Assembly: GCA_021613535.1 (NCBI GenBank)
Contig: CP075492.1
Location: forward strand, 15,872,001-15,936,000
Source of the DNA: Adineta vaga
Lineage: Eukaryota; Animalia; Rotifera
DNA: 64,000 nt
Direction: 5' to 3'
The translations under genes were made by a program, and so were the position numbers. The notes beneath the pieces are model-generated. The model did no database searches and was not told the origin of the DNA. It saw nothing but the letters and a program-made list of their open reading frames with translations. This document shows positions 62,436 to 64,000 of this stretch, in pieces (the stretch's first letter is position 1; each line of letters starts with the position of its first letter).

Positions 62436-64000
62436 ATGAAATATTTGACTATATTTCAGCGACTTAATAAGTTATTGTTCTGTTTTTTTACCACTTCTGT
62501 TTCTATATATTTATTTTTGTATATGAATTCGAAAAAGAGTCTGTCCGTATTTTCATAGCACAAAAATGACTATGATGCTACGTAGCTATAAATCTATCTA
62601 CCTGTATCGCGGTCAAAATTTTAACAAAACAGATATAACCATTCACCAGCATGCCATAGTTACAGATTCTTCTACAACTTGTCAGATGAAGGTGCCTTAA
62701 CTTGAGAGTAGGACTATTAGCTGACAGATTAATCGATGGTACGAACACTTTCTTGCATGTGTTGAGAAGTTATTTCTCTTTTTTAAGATAAGTCTGAAAA
62801 CTAGTCATGCAGGACAAACCTGATTGATGTTGTTATTGCTGAGGAGATCTTCAGATGGGCAACAGATTCATCAATGTCAAGTATTTCTTCCGACAGTAGC
62901 AAACCATATTTTATTTCATACTGATTTATGTAAGAATCTCGTTCGTTTGATTTGCGTTTAATGATATTGTTAAGCAAAGAGTATTTGACATGGTCTTGCT
63001 GGTTCCAGTTTCCATTTCACTGCGTATAAAGGATACCATCCCTACAACATTCTCCATCTGTTTCTTTGCGACATTTTGTTGATATTAGTGAAGCGCTCTC
63101 TTCTAAAGTGTGTGTACAGCGTGAGAAGAAAGATAACGGTCATTTATAGATGCACAAGTAGAACGAATGAAGCTAATAAAAGAAATAAAATCAACAGCAA
63201 ATGAATACATATGACGTCATCTTGATTTTTAATACAAACACAACATTTTTTCAGCTCTGATCAACACAGAAAAGTCTGCTCTATCAAACTGCATTGACGA
63301 CTTTGAAAATAATACTCTAAACTATTCAACAAGCTCTGTGCTTAAAAATACACAGCGTTCCTGGTCGTCTCATTATTTCTTAATAGTTTCAAGCTACAGC
63401 CAGCAATATTCTAAAGAAGGTTAGGTTGTGAGAGTGAATTGAACAATATCACCCAAGACAACAATTATTCTTTTTGATTCTCTGTTTCCTTTCATAATCA
63501 ATGTACTTTACTCTTTTCTTCGTTCAAGTATTCTTACTTGGCTATTTTATTGCATCAATTTTTATTTTTGTCTTACTCAATTTACAAGTAACGCGCCGAC
63601 TCAAGGTTGAGGATGTCTTTTGCATCCACATTTCACATCATCCTATATATATATATCCTCAAGAAAAAAGTCAGATTCAAATTCACTAGTTGTGACGATA
63701 AGAGTAAAGTAAAGAATAACAATAGTAAAATACAGCTAAGAGTCTCTGTTGTTTCTTTCTAAATCACATCTTTGTAAAAGTAGTAGGGAAAACATAGGAG
63801 AAATAGATTGCATTTATTCCGTTCTGTTATTCGAGCGACTTTTCCCGAACAACCAAAGTAAGTGCTTCACGAGGGAACATACTGAGGTGTTTAAGCCCTT
63901 TAGATCCTCTGTTTTGGCGATAAGTAGACTTCAATAACACAAGACATTATCATGCCAAAAGGTATATAGACAACCGTTCTCACATTTCTTCATACTATTC

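Overview
AT-rich eukaryotic DNA with short GT-AG introns of about 50-70 nt. The gene content (many divergent 7TM receptors, NHL-repeat, F-box and ADP-ribosyltransferase genes, bacterial-type enzymes, an iGluR with a GYG pore loop, a three-ORF gypsy element) points to a bdelloid rotifer; this is an inference from content. 1-37 kb is a gene-dense tract: an intron-containing GH26 mannanase, a secreted adenosine deaminase, several GPCRs, an SDR, a CYP and several pseudogenes. It also holds an intact 8.1-kb gypsy LTR retrotransposon (gag, pol, DEDDy-exonuclease ORF3) that splits a GPCR gene. 38-45 kb is mostly non-coding or decayed. 46-62 kb is a nested transposon stack: (1) an element with ~505-bp inverted arms enclosing a 93-bp tandem array of an 84-bp near-constant block plus a hypervariable 8-12-nt window; (2) a mariner inserted in its right arm; (3) a decayed gypsy element inside the mariner; (4) a P-like element inside the gypsy, with two ORFs that share a paralogous N-terminal domain. 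Short TGAGGGTGTGG...CCACACCCTCA hairpins are scattered through the window. All family calls come from motif recognition by eye; no searches were run.
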